Of a stretch of DNA of 64,000 nucleotides, positions 48,894-58,597 are shown one piece after another. The stretch lies in the NCBI RefSeq assembly GCF_002087085.1, contig NZ_MWQY01000001.1, forward strand, positions 248,001 to 312,000, in the 5' to 3' direction. The translations under genes and the position numbers were made by a program. The notes below the pieces were generated by a model. That model was not told the origin of the DNA. It made no database searches and worked only from the letters and a program-made list of their open reading frames with translations. Positions within the stretch are counted from its first letter, which is position 1. Each line of letters opens with the position of its first letter.

Positions 48894-49820
48894 TTAAACG
48901 AGCTTCTTCGCCCGTTCCGCGATATCCTTCGCGGTAAGACCGTAATACTCGAGGAGCAGCTCATAGCTTTCAGCGGACTGACCGAAGGAATCCTGCATTC
49001 CCATATGGTCGATCTTGAGAGCCATGCCGGCGAGGGCGGATTTTACCGATGATCCGAGACCATTGATAACATTGTGTTCTTCAACGATCATGATCTTTCC
49101 GGTTTTTGCGGCGATTTCCCGTACCTTTTCGGTGGGAAAGGGTTTTATCGTCCCAAGGCTGACGACCTCGGCTTCGATGCCCTCTTTTGCGAGTATTTCC
49201 GCCGCTTCCAGGGAGTTGTGGATCATTCCGCTCATTGAGAAAATTGTCAGGTCCTTACCGGTCCGGAAGGTATCGACCTGGCCGATTGTGTAGGGTGCCT
49301 TCTCGGTAATAACCGGCAGTTCGTTCCTGGGAATACGGATATAACAGGGGCCCGGGTGATTTGCCATGGCCTCTACCATTCCGTCCACCTGATTGGCGTC
49401 GGCGGGTACAAGGACAGTCATGTTGGGAAGGACCTGCATAATGGCGATATCGTCCAGGGCCTGGTGGGTTTTTCCGTCACCGTAGTCGCTCAATCCCGCG
49501 CTGGATCCGCAGATGTTCACATTGAATCCGGGAATACAGATGGAGCTTCTGATCTGGTCATAGGCCCGTCCGGTTGAAAATACCGCGAAGGAGCTGAAAA
49601 AAGGAATCTTCCCCGCAATTGCCATACCGGCGGAGACCGCAGCCATGTTCTGCTCGGCAATTCCGACCTCGACAAAGCGTTCTTCTCCCAGTTCCTCAAT
49701 GGCCCGCGAGAAGGTGGATTTTCCGAGATCGGCGTCCAGGGCCACTATGTCTTTGTTTTTGCTTCCGATACGTACAAGGGCTTTACCGTATGCTTCTCGT
49801 AAACTTGCCATCTCTGCCAT
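48894..49820 (-). CDS. Transketolase, C-terminal (pyrimidine-binding) subunit
   Basis: DADL, GIAEQNM, RAYDQIR, DGKTHQ, EEH. Confidence 0.94.
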   Translation of the reverse strand: MAEMASLREAYGKALVRIGSKNKDIVALDADLGKSTFSRAIEELGEERFVEVGIAEQNMAAVSAGMAIAGKIPFFSSFAVFSTGRAYDQIRSSICIPGFNVNICGSSAGLSDYGDGKTHQALDDIAIMQVLPNMTVLVPADANQVDGMVEAMANHPGPCYIRIPRNELPVITEKAPYTIGQVDTFRTGKDLTIFSMSGMIHNSLEAAEILAKEGIEAEVVSLGTIKPFPTEKVREIAAKTGKIMIVEEHNVINGLGSSVKSALAGMALKIDHMGMQDSFGQSAESYELLLEYYGLTAKDIAERAKKLV

Positions 49821-50659
49821 TATTTTAAAGCCTCCTTAACTGCTAACAGGGCTTTCTTCCCTTCTTCGTGCTGTTCTTTGGTCATGGCACCGTTGTGGAA
49901 CCCGACAACGTTTTCAGCAAAGGGGAAGCCTTTACCTTTGATGGTGTGGGCGATGATTGCTTTGGGTTTTGAACCGGGATCCCTGTCCAGGGCTTCAATA
50001 ATCTGGGAAAAATCATGCCCGTCGATCTCTATTACTTCCCAGCCAAAGGCTGCCCATTTATCCGGAAGATTGGGAATGTTCATGATATCAACGCAGCTTC
50101 CGCATGCCTGAAGTCCGTTCTGGTCCAGAATCATTGTCAGGTTGGAAAGTTCATAGGTGGCGGCAAACGCTGCGGCTTCCCAGAGCTGTCCCTCTGCCAT
50201 TTCTCCGTCTCCGCACATGACGTATACCTTGTTTTGGGCCTTGTTCATGCGCTTTTTCGCATAGGCGATACCGGCACCAATGGAAAGTCCCTGCCCGAGG
50301 GATCCGGTTACCGCTTCCATTCCCGGAGTTTTCATATCCGGGTGGCCCTGAAGCATTCCCCCCAGGGTTTTCATCTTGGGGAATTCATCCCTGGAAAAGA
50401 ATCCGGCTTCCGCCAGAGCCGCGTACTGAGCGGGTACGGCGTGCCCCTTACTCATAAGAAAGAAATCTCTGTCAGGGTCGTTTGCATTCTTCAGGGAATA
50501 ATTCATCTTGTGAAAATACAGTGTTGCGACAATATCCGTCGCGGAACTGCTGCCGCCTAAATGGCCTACCTTGCCCGGTTCGAGCATTTCAAGCAGGTCA
50601 AGACGCATTTCAACGGCTTTCTTTTTCAGGCTTTTTATCAGGTCGTCCTGAGTTGACAT
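49820..50659 (-). CDS. Transketolase, N-terminal (TPP-binding) subunit
   Basis: GHLGGS, SKGH, LQGHP, GSLGQG, GDGE...N. Confidence 0.94.
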   Translation of the reverse strand: MSTQDDLIKSLKKKAVEMRLDLLEMLEPGKVGHLGGSSSATDIVATLYFHKMNYSLKNANDPDRDFFLMSKGHAVPAQYAALAEAGFFSRDEFPKMKTLGGMLQGHPDMKTPGMEAVTGSLGQGLSIGAGIAYAKKRMNKAQNKVYVMCGDGEMAEGQLWEAAAFAATYELSNLTMILDQNGLQACGSCVDIMNIPNLPDKWAAFGWEVIEIDGHDFSQIIEALDRDPGSKPKAIIAHTIKGKGFPFAENVVGFHNGAMTKEQHEEGKKALLAVKEALK

Positions 50660-50793
50660 GGCCTATCCTCCTAGCATGTAACATGTATTACAACAAAATT
50701 GAACAAAAAAAATTCAATCCGGTCAGTAAGTATCATACAGTATATTGTTAAATTGTCAACCTTTTTGGCCCCGGGCTACATTAGGGATTAGCA

Positions 50794-51528
50794 CTAATCA
50801 AGCACAACCTTGGGAATCTCCGGTGTCTCCTGCCGGTCGTAATAATTCTTTATCTGGTTGAAGGTCCAGAGTACATGCTCCCGCATGATCTCTTCCGCTT
50901 TCTGCTTGTTCCGATTACGTATAGCCTGAAGCAGCCTGGCATGATAGTGAATGCCCGCATCGGGACCGAGGATATTGCAGACCTCGTTCCAGGCGGAATT
51001 GAAAATCTCGAAAAGCACCCTGTAGACCTTGTAGACAACGCTGTTGTTCACGATTTCCGTCAGTTTAAAGTGAAACTGCTCATCCAGCTGTGCGTGTTTT
51101 CTCATGTTGCTGGTGGAGCTCTTCATCTTTTCGAGAATGGCTTCCAGGTCCTGAAGATCCTTTTCGGTGGCGTTCTCAACAACGTAGGGCATGAAACTCG
51201 GTTCCGTAATCAATCGGAATTTCAGAACATCCAGAACGTCCTTTTTGCCCAGGGCAAAGATGGGCAGCAGAAGATCCAGCTGGTCCGACAGGTTGAAGTG
51301 CTTAACGTAGCTTCCCTCTCCCCGGCGTATTTCGATAAACCCCTGGGCTTCAAGGGATTGAAGGGCGGAACGGACAGAGACGCGGCTGACGCCCAGCTGC
51401 TCACATAGCTGACTTTCCGAAGGCAGACGATCCCCCGGTGCCCAGCTCCCGCTGACGATCATGGACTTACATTTTTCATACACCTGGATCTTGATCTGCG
51501 ATGTTTCAATTTTACCCAGTCTTGTCAT
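50794..51528 (-). CDS. FadR/GntR family regulator
   Basis: PGDRLPSE..L...LGVSR..VR.AL; FCD domain. Confidence 0.94.
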   Translation of the reverse strand: MTRLGKIETSQIKIQVYEKCKSMIVSGSWAPGDRLPSESQLCEQLGVSRVSVRSALQSLEAQGFIEIRRGEGSYVKHFNLSDQLDLLLPIFALGKKDVLDVLKFRLITEPSFMPYVVENATEKDLQDLEAILEKMKSSTSNMRKHAQLDEQFHFKLTEIVNNSVVYKVYRVLFEIFNSAWNEVCNILGPDAGIHYHARLLQAIRNRNKQKAEEIMREHVLWTFNQIKNYYDRQETPEIPKVVLD

Positions 51529-51534
51529 GAAATT

Positions 51535-51563
51535 CTTATATTACATAATACAAGTGCTGTCAA
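51535..51563 (-). promoter_or_regulatory. Leaderless promoter of the FadR-like gene, with operator in the spacer
   Basis: TTGACA-17-TATAAG, 6 nt to ATG; spacer contains TTGTATTATGTAATAT. Confidence 0.65.
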
Positions 51564-51600
51564 TGAAATAATTATCCCTTGAAGTCAGCTGTTCCTCGTG

Positions 51601-52956
51601 TCAGGCCCGTATAAGAGGCAGTACCTGACTGAAGCGGTCCATAATGGCGGTCTGAAAATCCTGAAACTGAAGACGCATGCTCTCGTACTGGGCCCGAAGG
51701 TCCTGGATCTCAGCGACGGCGGCTTCGATACGGCCGGCGACTTTGCTGCGGGCTGTCTGTCTGAAACCTTCTGCAAGCTCTCCCATAAGGGCGGCAACGG
51801 AGAGTATTTTCTCCACACGATATGCGTTGGATCCGGCGAAAACAAAGCCTTGGTTCAACTTTCCCCGCCGGGCATTATTAAGGGCAATGGATATGCAGTA
51901 CCGGGCTTTCTCCGCCTTGCAGCTGGCGAGGCACTGCCAGGCGCATTTAAAGGATGGCCTGCGCCCTGCTTCGGAGTCCTCAATAAAGCTGTTTCGTATT
52001 GCCCTGCCCGGCATGCCTACGGGGCTCTGGATCAGTCCAATATCCTCCGCGCTGCACTGTACATACGCCTCTTTGAATGCCGCATCGGCGTCGCATTCGT
52101 GGGTGGCTACAAAGCGGGTTCCCATCTGAACGGCGGAAGCCCCCAGCTCCAGGGCCCCGTGTATATCTTCTCCGGTAAAGATGCCTCCGCCGGCAATAAC
52201 CGGTATTCGGCGCTGAAACTCCTTCTCGTAAGGCCGGACAGCCTCCACAACCTGCGGTACGATAGACTCCAGCTGAAAAGCGGGATCATCGATCTGCTCC
52301 TCGCTGAAACCAAGGTGCCCGCCGGCTTTCGGCCCCTCGAAGACCAGGGCATCAGGAACATCGTTGTAGATCTTCTTCCACATTTTAAAAATCATCTCCG
52401 CTGCTCTGGCGGAACTGATTATGGGGACAGCCTTGACCCCGGCGGCCCGCATCTTCTCGACGGGTATATTCTTTATCGGCAGCCCTGCACCCATGAAGAC
52501 CAGGTCAACCTTCTCTTCAATGGCGACATCCAGGAGCTCATGAAAATCGTTGACCGCTACCATGATGTTTACGCCGAGTATGCCGTCGCTCTTTTCCCGG
52601 GCGCTGCGGATCTCCCGGCGAAGGGCCCGCAGGTTGGCGGCACGACCATCCTTGAAGTAGTCGGGCTCCAGCATGCCGATGGCATTGGCTGCGATTATGC
52701 CGATGCCTCCCTCGCTGGCTACCGCCGATGCCAGTCCGGAGAGGGAGATTCCCACTCCCATTCCACCCTGAACCACAGGAATTCTGGCGGTGAGGTCGCC
52801 TATCCGGAAAGAGGGCCAGTCGAAACGGGGCAGGGACAGCTGATTAAGCTTTTGCAGAATACCCTTGACGGGGACGGATTCGGACAGGTCCGAAGCGAGT
52901 TTTTTTAGAGAAGAAAAAGCAGTATCTAAACGCAGATTTTGCACAACAGCCTCCAT
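51601..52956 (-). CDS. Nitronate monooxygenase/FabK-family flavoprotein with 4Fe-4S motif (FabX-like); start may be GTG 52944
   Basis: PVVQGGMGVGIS, EGPKAGGHLG, QMGTRF, SPVGMPGRA, CAWQCLASC...YC, FAGSN. Confidence 0.88.
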   Translation of the reverse strand: MEAVVQNLRLDTAFSSLKKLASDLSESVPVKGILQKLNQLSLPRFDWPSFRIGDLTARIPVVQGGMGVGISLSGLASAVASEGGIGIIAANAIGMLEPDYFKDGRAANLRALRREIRSAREKSDGILGVNIMVAVNDFHELLDVAIEEKVDLVFMGAGLPIKNIPVEKMRAAGVKAVPIISSARAAEMIFKMWKKIYNDVPDALVFEGPKAGGHLGFSEEQIDDPAFQLESIVPQVVEAVRPYEKEFQRRIPVIAGGGIFTGEDIHGALELGASAVQMGTRFVATHECDADAAFKEAYVQCSAEDIGLIQSPVGMPGRAIRNSFIEDSEAGRRPSFKCAWQCLASCKAEKARYCISIALNNARRGKLNQGFVFAGSNAYRVEKILSVAALMGELAEGFRQTARSKVAGRIEAAVAEIQDLRAQYESMRLQFQDFQTAIMDRFSQVLPLIRA

Positions 52957-52960
52957 AATG

Positions 52961-52979
52961 ATTCGGCCGCCGGCCGAAT
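52961..52979. promoter_or_regulatory. Palindromic operator upstream of the FabX-like gene
   Basis: ATTCGGCCG-C-CGGCCGAAT. Confidence 0.7.
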
Positions 52980-53108
52980 GACCAGCAGTATGACAGGATT
53001 TCTGAGATTAATAAAGGCGTAGAGACGGTATTTCCGCCGGGCGCCCTGAAAAATTACCCCTTCCTCCCGGACTATGGTTACAAACACTCTTTTTGAGCTG
53101 CTCCGCTT

Positions 53109-54350
53109 TTATTCCGCCCTGAAGGCGAGTACACCGTTCTGTCCGCCAAAACCGAAGGAGTTAGAGAGGGCTGCCCGGATTTTAACCGAACGGGCCTCGT
53201 TGGGAATATAGTCAAGATCGCACTCGGGGTCGGGATTCTCCAGGTTTATAGTGGGAGGCAGGACCCCATTATACAGGGCCAGAACGGTTGCTGCGGCTTC
53301 AAGCGCTCCTGCGGCTCCGAGGGTGTGGCCGATCATGGATTTTGTTGAACTGACGGGAGTTTTCCTTGCGGAGTCCCCCAGGGCGGATTTGATGGCCTTT
53401 GTTTCTGTGGAATCATTGGCCCGGGTGGATGTTCCATGGGCGTTTATATAATCCACGTCCTCAGGATTCAGTCCTGCCTCACGCATTGCCGTTTTCATGG
53501 CCTCAGCGGCCCAGCGGCCTTCGGTATCGGGCGCCGCAATGGAATGGGCGTCGGCGGTCATTCCGGTACCGGCCAGGGTGGCATAGATTCGGGCGCCCCG
53601 TTTTTGGGCCCGGTCTCTTCGTTCAAGTATAAGTACCGCGGAACCTTCTCCGATGACGAAGCCGTCCCGATCTGCGTCAAAAGGACGGCTGGCCCGCTGC
53701 GGTTCATGATTTCTGGTGGACAGGACCTTCATGCAGGCGTAGGCGTCCACTGCCAGGGGGGTTATGGTGGATTCTGCGCCTCCGGCAACGATTACATCCG
53801 CTTTGTTCAGCTGCAGCAGCTGGGCTCCCAGGGCAAGGGTGTGCGCTCCGGTGGCGCAGGCCGAGACAGCCCCGAAGCAGGGACCATGGATGCCAAGTTC
53901 AATCGCGACGTTCCCGGCAGCCATATTCGGAATTATTTTGGGCACCACAAGGGGATGTCCTTTGAGCGGCCCTTTATCGAGAAGCGTCTGGTGCTGAATT
54001 TCGATATGCTCATAATCCCCGGCCCCGCTGCTGACAAGAGAAGCGATACGGGCAGGGTCTTCCTTTTCCAGGTCCAGCCCCGCGTCTTCCCAGGCCGCAA
54101 GGGCGGTACAGACTGCGAGCTGGCTGAAACGCGCCATCCTCTTGGCCCGTCTTTTGTCCATCAAATCCTGGGGATTGAAATCCTTTACCTCACAGGCGAT
54201 GGTGCTGCCAAAGCCCGCAGGATTGAAAGCGTGTATGGTGTCCGCGCCGGATCTTCCGGCAATCAGATTTTCCCAGAAGGCCTCCCGGGTGTTTCCGATT
54301 GACGTAATGGCGCCTATCCCTGTAACAACAATATCATTCGCGTGTTTCAT
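53109..54350 (-). CDS. fabF: 3-oxoacyl-ACP synthase II
   Basis: SACATG (Cys), NAHGTST, KSMIGH, NSFGFGG. Confidence 0.95.
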   Translation of the reverse strand: MKHANDIVVTGIGAITSIGNTREAFWENLIAGRSGADTIHAFNPAGFGSTIACEVKDFNPQDLMDKRRAKRMARFSQLAVCTALAAWEDAGLDLEKEDPARIASLVSSGAGDYEHIEIQHQTLLDKGPLKGHPLVVPKIIPNMAAGNVAIELGIHGPCFGAVSACATGAHTLALGAQLLQLNKADVIVAGGAESTITPLAVDAYACMKVLSTRNHEPQRASRPFDADRDGFVIGEGSAVLILERRDRAQKRGARIYATLAGTGMTADAHSIAAPDTEGRWAAEAMKTAMREAGLNPEDVDYINAHGTSTRANDSTETKAIKSALGDSARKTPVSSTKSMIGHTLGAAGALEAAATVLALYNGVLPPTINLENPDPECDLDYIPNEARSVKIRAALSNSFGFGGQNGVLAFRAE

Positions 54351-54374
54351 GTAAGTTCCTCAGTCTGTATTTTA

Positions 54375-54389
54375 TCGGCCGACGGCCGA
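54375..54389. promoter_or_regulatory. Palindromic operator upstream of fabF
   Basis: TCGGCCG-A-CGGCCGA, same core as 52963-52977. Confidence 0.7.
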
Positions 54390-54469
54390 CTTGTCATCCA
54401 CCGGGAGGATATAAACAAAAAAGCTGCCCGGAAAAATCCGGACAGCCCAGGAAAAACTGATAGATAGTG

Positions 54470-55966
54470 TCAGGTGCCGAACCAGTTGATCGGTTCGTTG
54501 GCATAGTTCTGATAGATATGTTTTATCTCGGTATACTCCTCCAGGCCGACCTTTCCTAGTTCCCGACCGCTGCCGGACTGTTTGTATCCGCCCCAGGGAG
54601 CCTGAACGAAATAGACATTAAAGTCGTTTATCCAGACGGTTCCTGCCCTGAGCCGGGAGGAAACCCGCTGGGCCCGGTCCTGGTCTCTGGTCCAGACGCC
54701 GGCGGAGAGGCCGTAGATGGTGTCGTTGGCCCGGGTGACCGCTTCCTCTTCGGTAGAGAAGGATTCTATGGTGATGACCGGCCCGAAGATCTCCTCCTTG
54801 GCCAGGCGCATGTCGTTGTGCACATCGCTTATCAGGGTGGGGAGGTAGTAGTACCCTCCTTTATCAGGCGGGTTCTCCGGTTCCGTACCGCCGCAGACAA
54901 TCGAGGCTCCTTCCTTCTTCGCCAGATCGATATAGCTCTTCACCTTGTTCCGGTGCTCTTCGGAGATCAGGGGACCCATCTGGGTTTCCGGGTCAAAGGC
55001 ATCTCCGATTCGTATATTTTTTATCCGCCGTTTAAGTTCGGCGGTGAATTTTTCTCGAATGGGTTCTTCCACCAGAATTCGTGAACCTGCTGAACATATC
55101 TGTCCGGCATGAAAAAACACGCCATTCAGGGCGAAATCCACCGCGGTATCAAAGTCCGCGTCGGCGAAGATGATGTTGGGATTCTTCCCGCCCAGTTCAA
55201 GGGCCACCTTCTTGACCGTATCGGCTGCGGCCTTGAGGATCTTTTTGCCGGTAACGATGCCCCCGGTAAAAGAGACAAGATCCACTCCCGGATTGGTGGT
55301 CATCTCCGAGCCCACAGTGTCGCCCGCACCGAGCACAAGGTTGATTACTCCTTTGGGGAATCCGACCTCTTCGGCGAGTTCTGTAATTCTGATGGTGGTA
55401 AATGGGGTTATTTCGCTGGGTTTCATAACGATTGTGCAACCCGCGGCCAGGGCCGGCGCAATCTTCCATGAGGCCTGAAGAAGGGGATAATTCCATGGCG
55501 ATATCTGTGCCGCTACGCCGACGGGTTCCCGTACAACCAGGCTGGAGGTGTTGGGGTTGGGGGACTGGATGATTTCTCCCCCTTCCTTGTCTGCCAATTG
55601 ACCGAAGTAGCGGAATATGCCGGCTATGTCGTCCATGTCCCAGCGGCTCTCTTCAACGGTTTTACCCGTATCGAGGCTCTCCAGGCGGGCGAGGCTTTCC
55701 CGGTTTTCTTCGACTTTATCCGCAAGTCTTTCAATGAGACGGCCCCGTTCGGCAGCAGGAGTGCCGGGCCATTCTCCCAGGTCAAAGGCTGATCGGGCAG
55801 CATCGACAGCCAGTGTAACATCTTCTGCGCTGCCCTCCGTTACTTTCGTAATTACTTCTCCCGTGCAGGGATAGACAATTTCTCTCATGTTTCCGGAGAC
55901 GGAATCTACCCATTCTCCGTTTATGTACATTTTTGTTTTACCGGTATATTTAAGCTCTTTTGCCAT
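54470..55966 (-). CDS. Aldehyde dehydrogenase, betaine-aldehyde dehydrogenase (BetB/GbsA)-like
   Basis: PWNYP, KPSE, FTGG, LELGGK, GQICSAG, EEIFGP; SD GGAGGAG before ATG 55966; divergent from a choline-binding protein gene. Confidence 0.88.
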   Translation of the reverse strand: MAKELKYTGKTKMYINGEWVDSVSGNMREIVYPCTGEVITKVTEGSAEDVTLAVDAARSAFDLGEWPGTPAAERGRLIERLADKVEENRESLARLESLDTGKTVEESRWDMDDIAGIFRYFGQLADKEGGEIIQSPNPNTSSLVVREPVGVAAQISPWNYPLLQASWKIAPALAAGCTIVMKPSEITPFTTIRITELAEEVGFPKGVINLVLGAGDTVGSEMTTNPGVDLVSFTGGIVTGKKILKAAADTVKKVALELGGKNPNIIFADADFDTAVDFALNGVFFHAGQICSAGSRILVEEPIREKFTAELKRRIKNIRIGDAFDPETQMGPLISEEHRNKVKSYIDLAKKEGASIVCGGTEPENPPDKGGYYYLPTLISDVHNDMRLAKEEIFGPVITIESFSTEEEAVTRANDTIYGLSAGVWTRDQDRAQRVSSRLRAGTVWINDFNVYFVQAPWGGYKQSGSGRELGKVGLEEYTEIKHIYQNYANEPINWFGT

Positions 55967-56026
55967 ACGCAACTCCTCCGTAATCATCGGGATATAAAAA
56001 GATGTGGGAAATACTCTGTTTTTCCT

Positions 56027-56863
56027 TTACCACAGGGAACCTCCGGATACCGTAATGTCCTGGCCATTAATTCCGTATGCACCGTCGCTGGTCAGAAACA
56101 GTGCGGTTGCCCCGATTTCTTCCGGCTTGATCAGCCTCTTCTGGGGGTTATTGCCCGCTTCCTGGGCAATCAGTTCATCACCCTTCATGTTCATCTGTTT
56201 TTCAGCAATGTCGGAGATCCAGTCCCGTCCAAAATCGGTCTCGACCCAGCCTGGGCAGATGGCGTTGGCGGTAACACCCTGTTCCGCTCCCTCAAGGGCC
56301 ATGGCGCGGGTCATACCCAGGACTGCCGCCTTTGAGGCACAGTATGCTGGAGACATGGGGGCTCCGACGTTTCCGGCGGTGGAAGAGATTGTTATTATGC
56401 GTCCCCATTTGCGTTCCATCATGCCCGGAAGGCAGAGTTTGCTCATGCGGAAAGGACCGTTGGCGTTTACGTCCATAACCTTGAGCCAGAGACCTTCCGG
56501 ATGATCCACGACACCGTGCTCGGCGGTTATACCGGCGGCGTTGGCGAGGATGTCGACCTTGCCGAAGGCCTTTACGGTTTCCGCGTAGAAATTCTCACAG
56601 GATTCTGTGGATGTTACATCAAGCTCAACCGCCAGTGCCCGGACACCGAAGGACTCGATCTCTTTCTTTGTCCGGTCCATCTCTTCGGACCCCGGCATGT
56701 TCACAAGCTCTCCGTCGGCTTTGGTCTCCCTGCGATTTGAAAGGAGGGACCCGATTGAAACGTCCGCGCCTGCTTTTGCAAATGCCAGTGCCATGGCGCG
56801 TCCCATACCGGAAGCGCCCCCGGTAACCAGAGCTACCCGTCCTTCAAGAAATCGTTCACTCAT
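56027..56863 (-). CDS. SDR family oxidoreductase
   Basis: TGGASGMG, NAAG, YCASK, PGWV. Confidence 0.92.
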   Translation of the reverse strand: MSERFLEGRVALVTGGASGMGRAMALAFAKAGADVSIGSLLSNRRETKADGELVNMPGSEEMDRTKKEIESFGVRALAVELDVTSTESCENFYAETVKAFGKVDILANAAGITAEHGVVDHPEGLWLKVMDVNANGPFRMSKLCLPGMMERKWGRIITISSTAGNVGAPMSPAYCASKAAVLGMTRAMALEGAEQGVTANAICPGWVETDFGRDWISDIAEKQMNMKGDELIAQEAGNNPQKRLIKPEEIGATALFLTSDGAYGINGQDITVSGGSLW

Positions 56864-57390
56864 ATAAACTCCTTAAAAAGATAATAAAATAATTTGCATA
56901 CACCTGTATCGAACCTGTTGCCGTGTTCGATTAAAGGTGAATACCAACCAAAGCAGTGAGGTCAGATTCGAACGACTTTTTTCTATTCCCGTGTCCTGTA
57001 TATGTTGCGACACCGGTACGGAAGAAGGATAAATTACTGCATTTCTGCGTCGATAATGTTTAGCCTACCACATAAATATTGTTAGAGTCCATAGGAAATA
57101 TAAAAAATCAGAATGACTTTTCTCTAAAACTGATTTCGTGGGCTGCAAGGAATGGAATAGTATTTGTATATTCTCCGAAGAATGAGATTACTGGGAAATT
57201 ATAAATATTTGTATATAAAAGATATATTGTTTTGTTTCAACTGGATGTCAAGAATGAATCCCATCTTTATTCCTGGCCGGAATATCCGACTTGCGGACTT
57301 GAAGTTCCTTTGAAACAAGTATATACTTAGAACACGAAGGATAAAATTTACATTTCTGTTAAGATTAAATCACCCATAAAGGAGATACTA

Positions 57391-58371
57391 ATGGTGTTTA
57401 AAACAGGGAAAACCCTGCTGTCAGTTGTCTGTGTTCTATTTCTTGTAAGCGGTATGCTTTTTGCCGAAGGGCAGCAGGACAATGCTTCCATCGAAGCGAA
57501 GATTTCCGATGCCGACACGACCGTCGATTTTGCAGAAGTCCAGTGGACCGATATCAACTCCACTACCGCCGCTACCAGGATCGTTCTGGAGGCAATGGGA
57601 TACGACACTACAAGTAAAATTGTATCCGTGCCCATAGCATTCCAGGCTATCAGCACCGGCGATATTGATGTTTTTCTCGGCGACTGGGAACCCTCCATGC
57701 GTTCCATTACCAGGCCTCTTCTGGAAGAAGGCGAGATAATTGATTACAAGACAAATCTTACCGGAGCCAAGTATACCCTCGCTGTTCCCCGGTACGTTGC
57801 CGATGCGGGTGTTACAAGCTTTAAAGACCTTGCCGAGCACGGAGAAAAATTCAATTACAGAATTTACGGTATAGAGCCCGGGAACGACGGAAATATACTG
57901 ATTCAGCAGATGATTGACAGCAACGCCTTCGGTCTTGGGGATTTTGAGCTCATAGAGTCCAGTGAAGCCGGAATGCTTGCGGAGGTACAGGCGGTTACAA
58001 AGAATGACGAATGGATCATTTTTCTCGGTTGGGCTCCGCACCCCATGAATACTGTATTCGATATAGAGTACCTTGCCGATGGAGACGATTATTTTGGTCC
58101 CGACTTCGGGGCAGCTACTGTGCATACCATCACACGAGTCGGCTATGCGGCGGAAAACCCGAATCTGGGGCGTTTCTTCAAGAATCTGGAGTTTACCCTT
58201 GATATGGAGGGTGAGATCATGAAGATGATTGCCGACGGTATGACCGCCATGGACGCCGCGGAAGCGTGGCTGGCTGAGAATCCTGCGATTCTCGATTCAT
58301 GGCTCAAAGGCGTAAAGGCCGTGGATGGCCGCGACGCCCTGCCGGTTGTTCGGGAGAGTCTAAACCTGTAA
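57391..58371 (+). CDS. Choline/glycine-betaine ABC substrate-binding protein (ChoX-like)
   Basis: WTDI, FLGDW-x-P, GAKYTLAVP, YGIEPGNDGN, SSEAGML, FLGWAPHPMN. Confidence 0.9.
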   Translation: MVFKTGKTLLSVVCVLFLVSGMLFAEGQQDNASIEAKISDADTTVDFAEVQWTDINSTTAATRIVLEAMGYDTTSKIVSVPIAFQAISTGDIDVFLGDWEPSMRSITRPLLEEGEIIDYKTNLTGAKYTLAVPRYVADAGVTSFKDLAEHGEKFNYRIYGIEPGNDGNILIQQMIDSNAFGLGDFELIESSEAGMLAEVQAVTKNDEWIIFLGWAPHPMNTVFDIEYLADGDDYFGPDFGAATVHTITRVGYAAENPNLGRFFKNLEFTLDMEGEIMKMIADGMTAMDAAEAWLAENPAILDSWLKGVKAVDGRDALPVVRESLNL

Positions 58372-58431
58372 GACGGGAAGAAATACCGGATTCCTGCAAA
58401 TTGAAAAAATATCTGATTATTGATTTTCATG

Positions 58432-58499
58432 AAAAGGGTCCTGTGGTCGATGGAGGATCGTAACTCTCTCGGTACAGACAGGGCCCTTTTTTCTTTTTT
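58432..58499 (+). terminator. Probable terminator
   Basis: AAAAGGGTCCTGT / ACAGGGCCCTTTT followed by a long T tract. Confidence 0.6.
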
Positions 58500-58597
58500 A
58501 TTCCGCTCTGCTTTCTTATTTCTGTTTCTTCTCCGCGTATAGTGTTTCCCCGGAACTGATGGTTGATAATCGGGAAACAGGCATCTATAATCGGACA

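Noticed and set aside
6110..52908. Long antisense ORFs (6110-7450, 10114-11652, 12680-14203, 14940-16193, 40207-41748, 51598-52908 and others)
   Set aside because: They lie opposite well-supported genes, have no recognisable motifs, and are expected shadow ORFs in GC-rich coding DNA.
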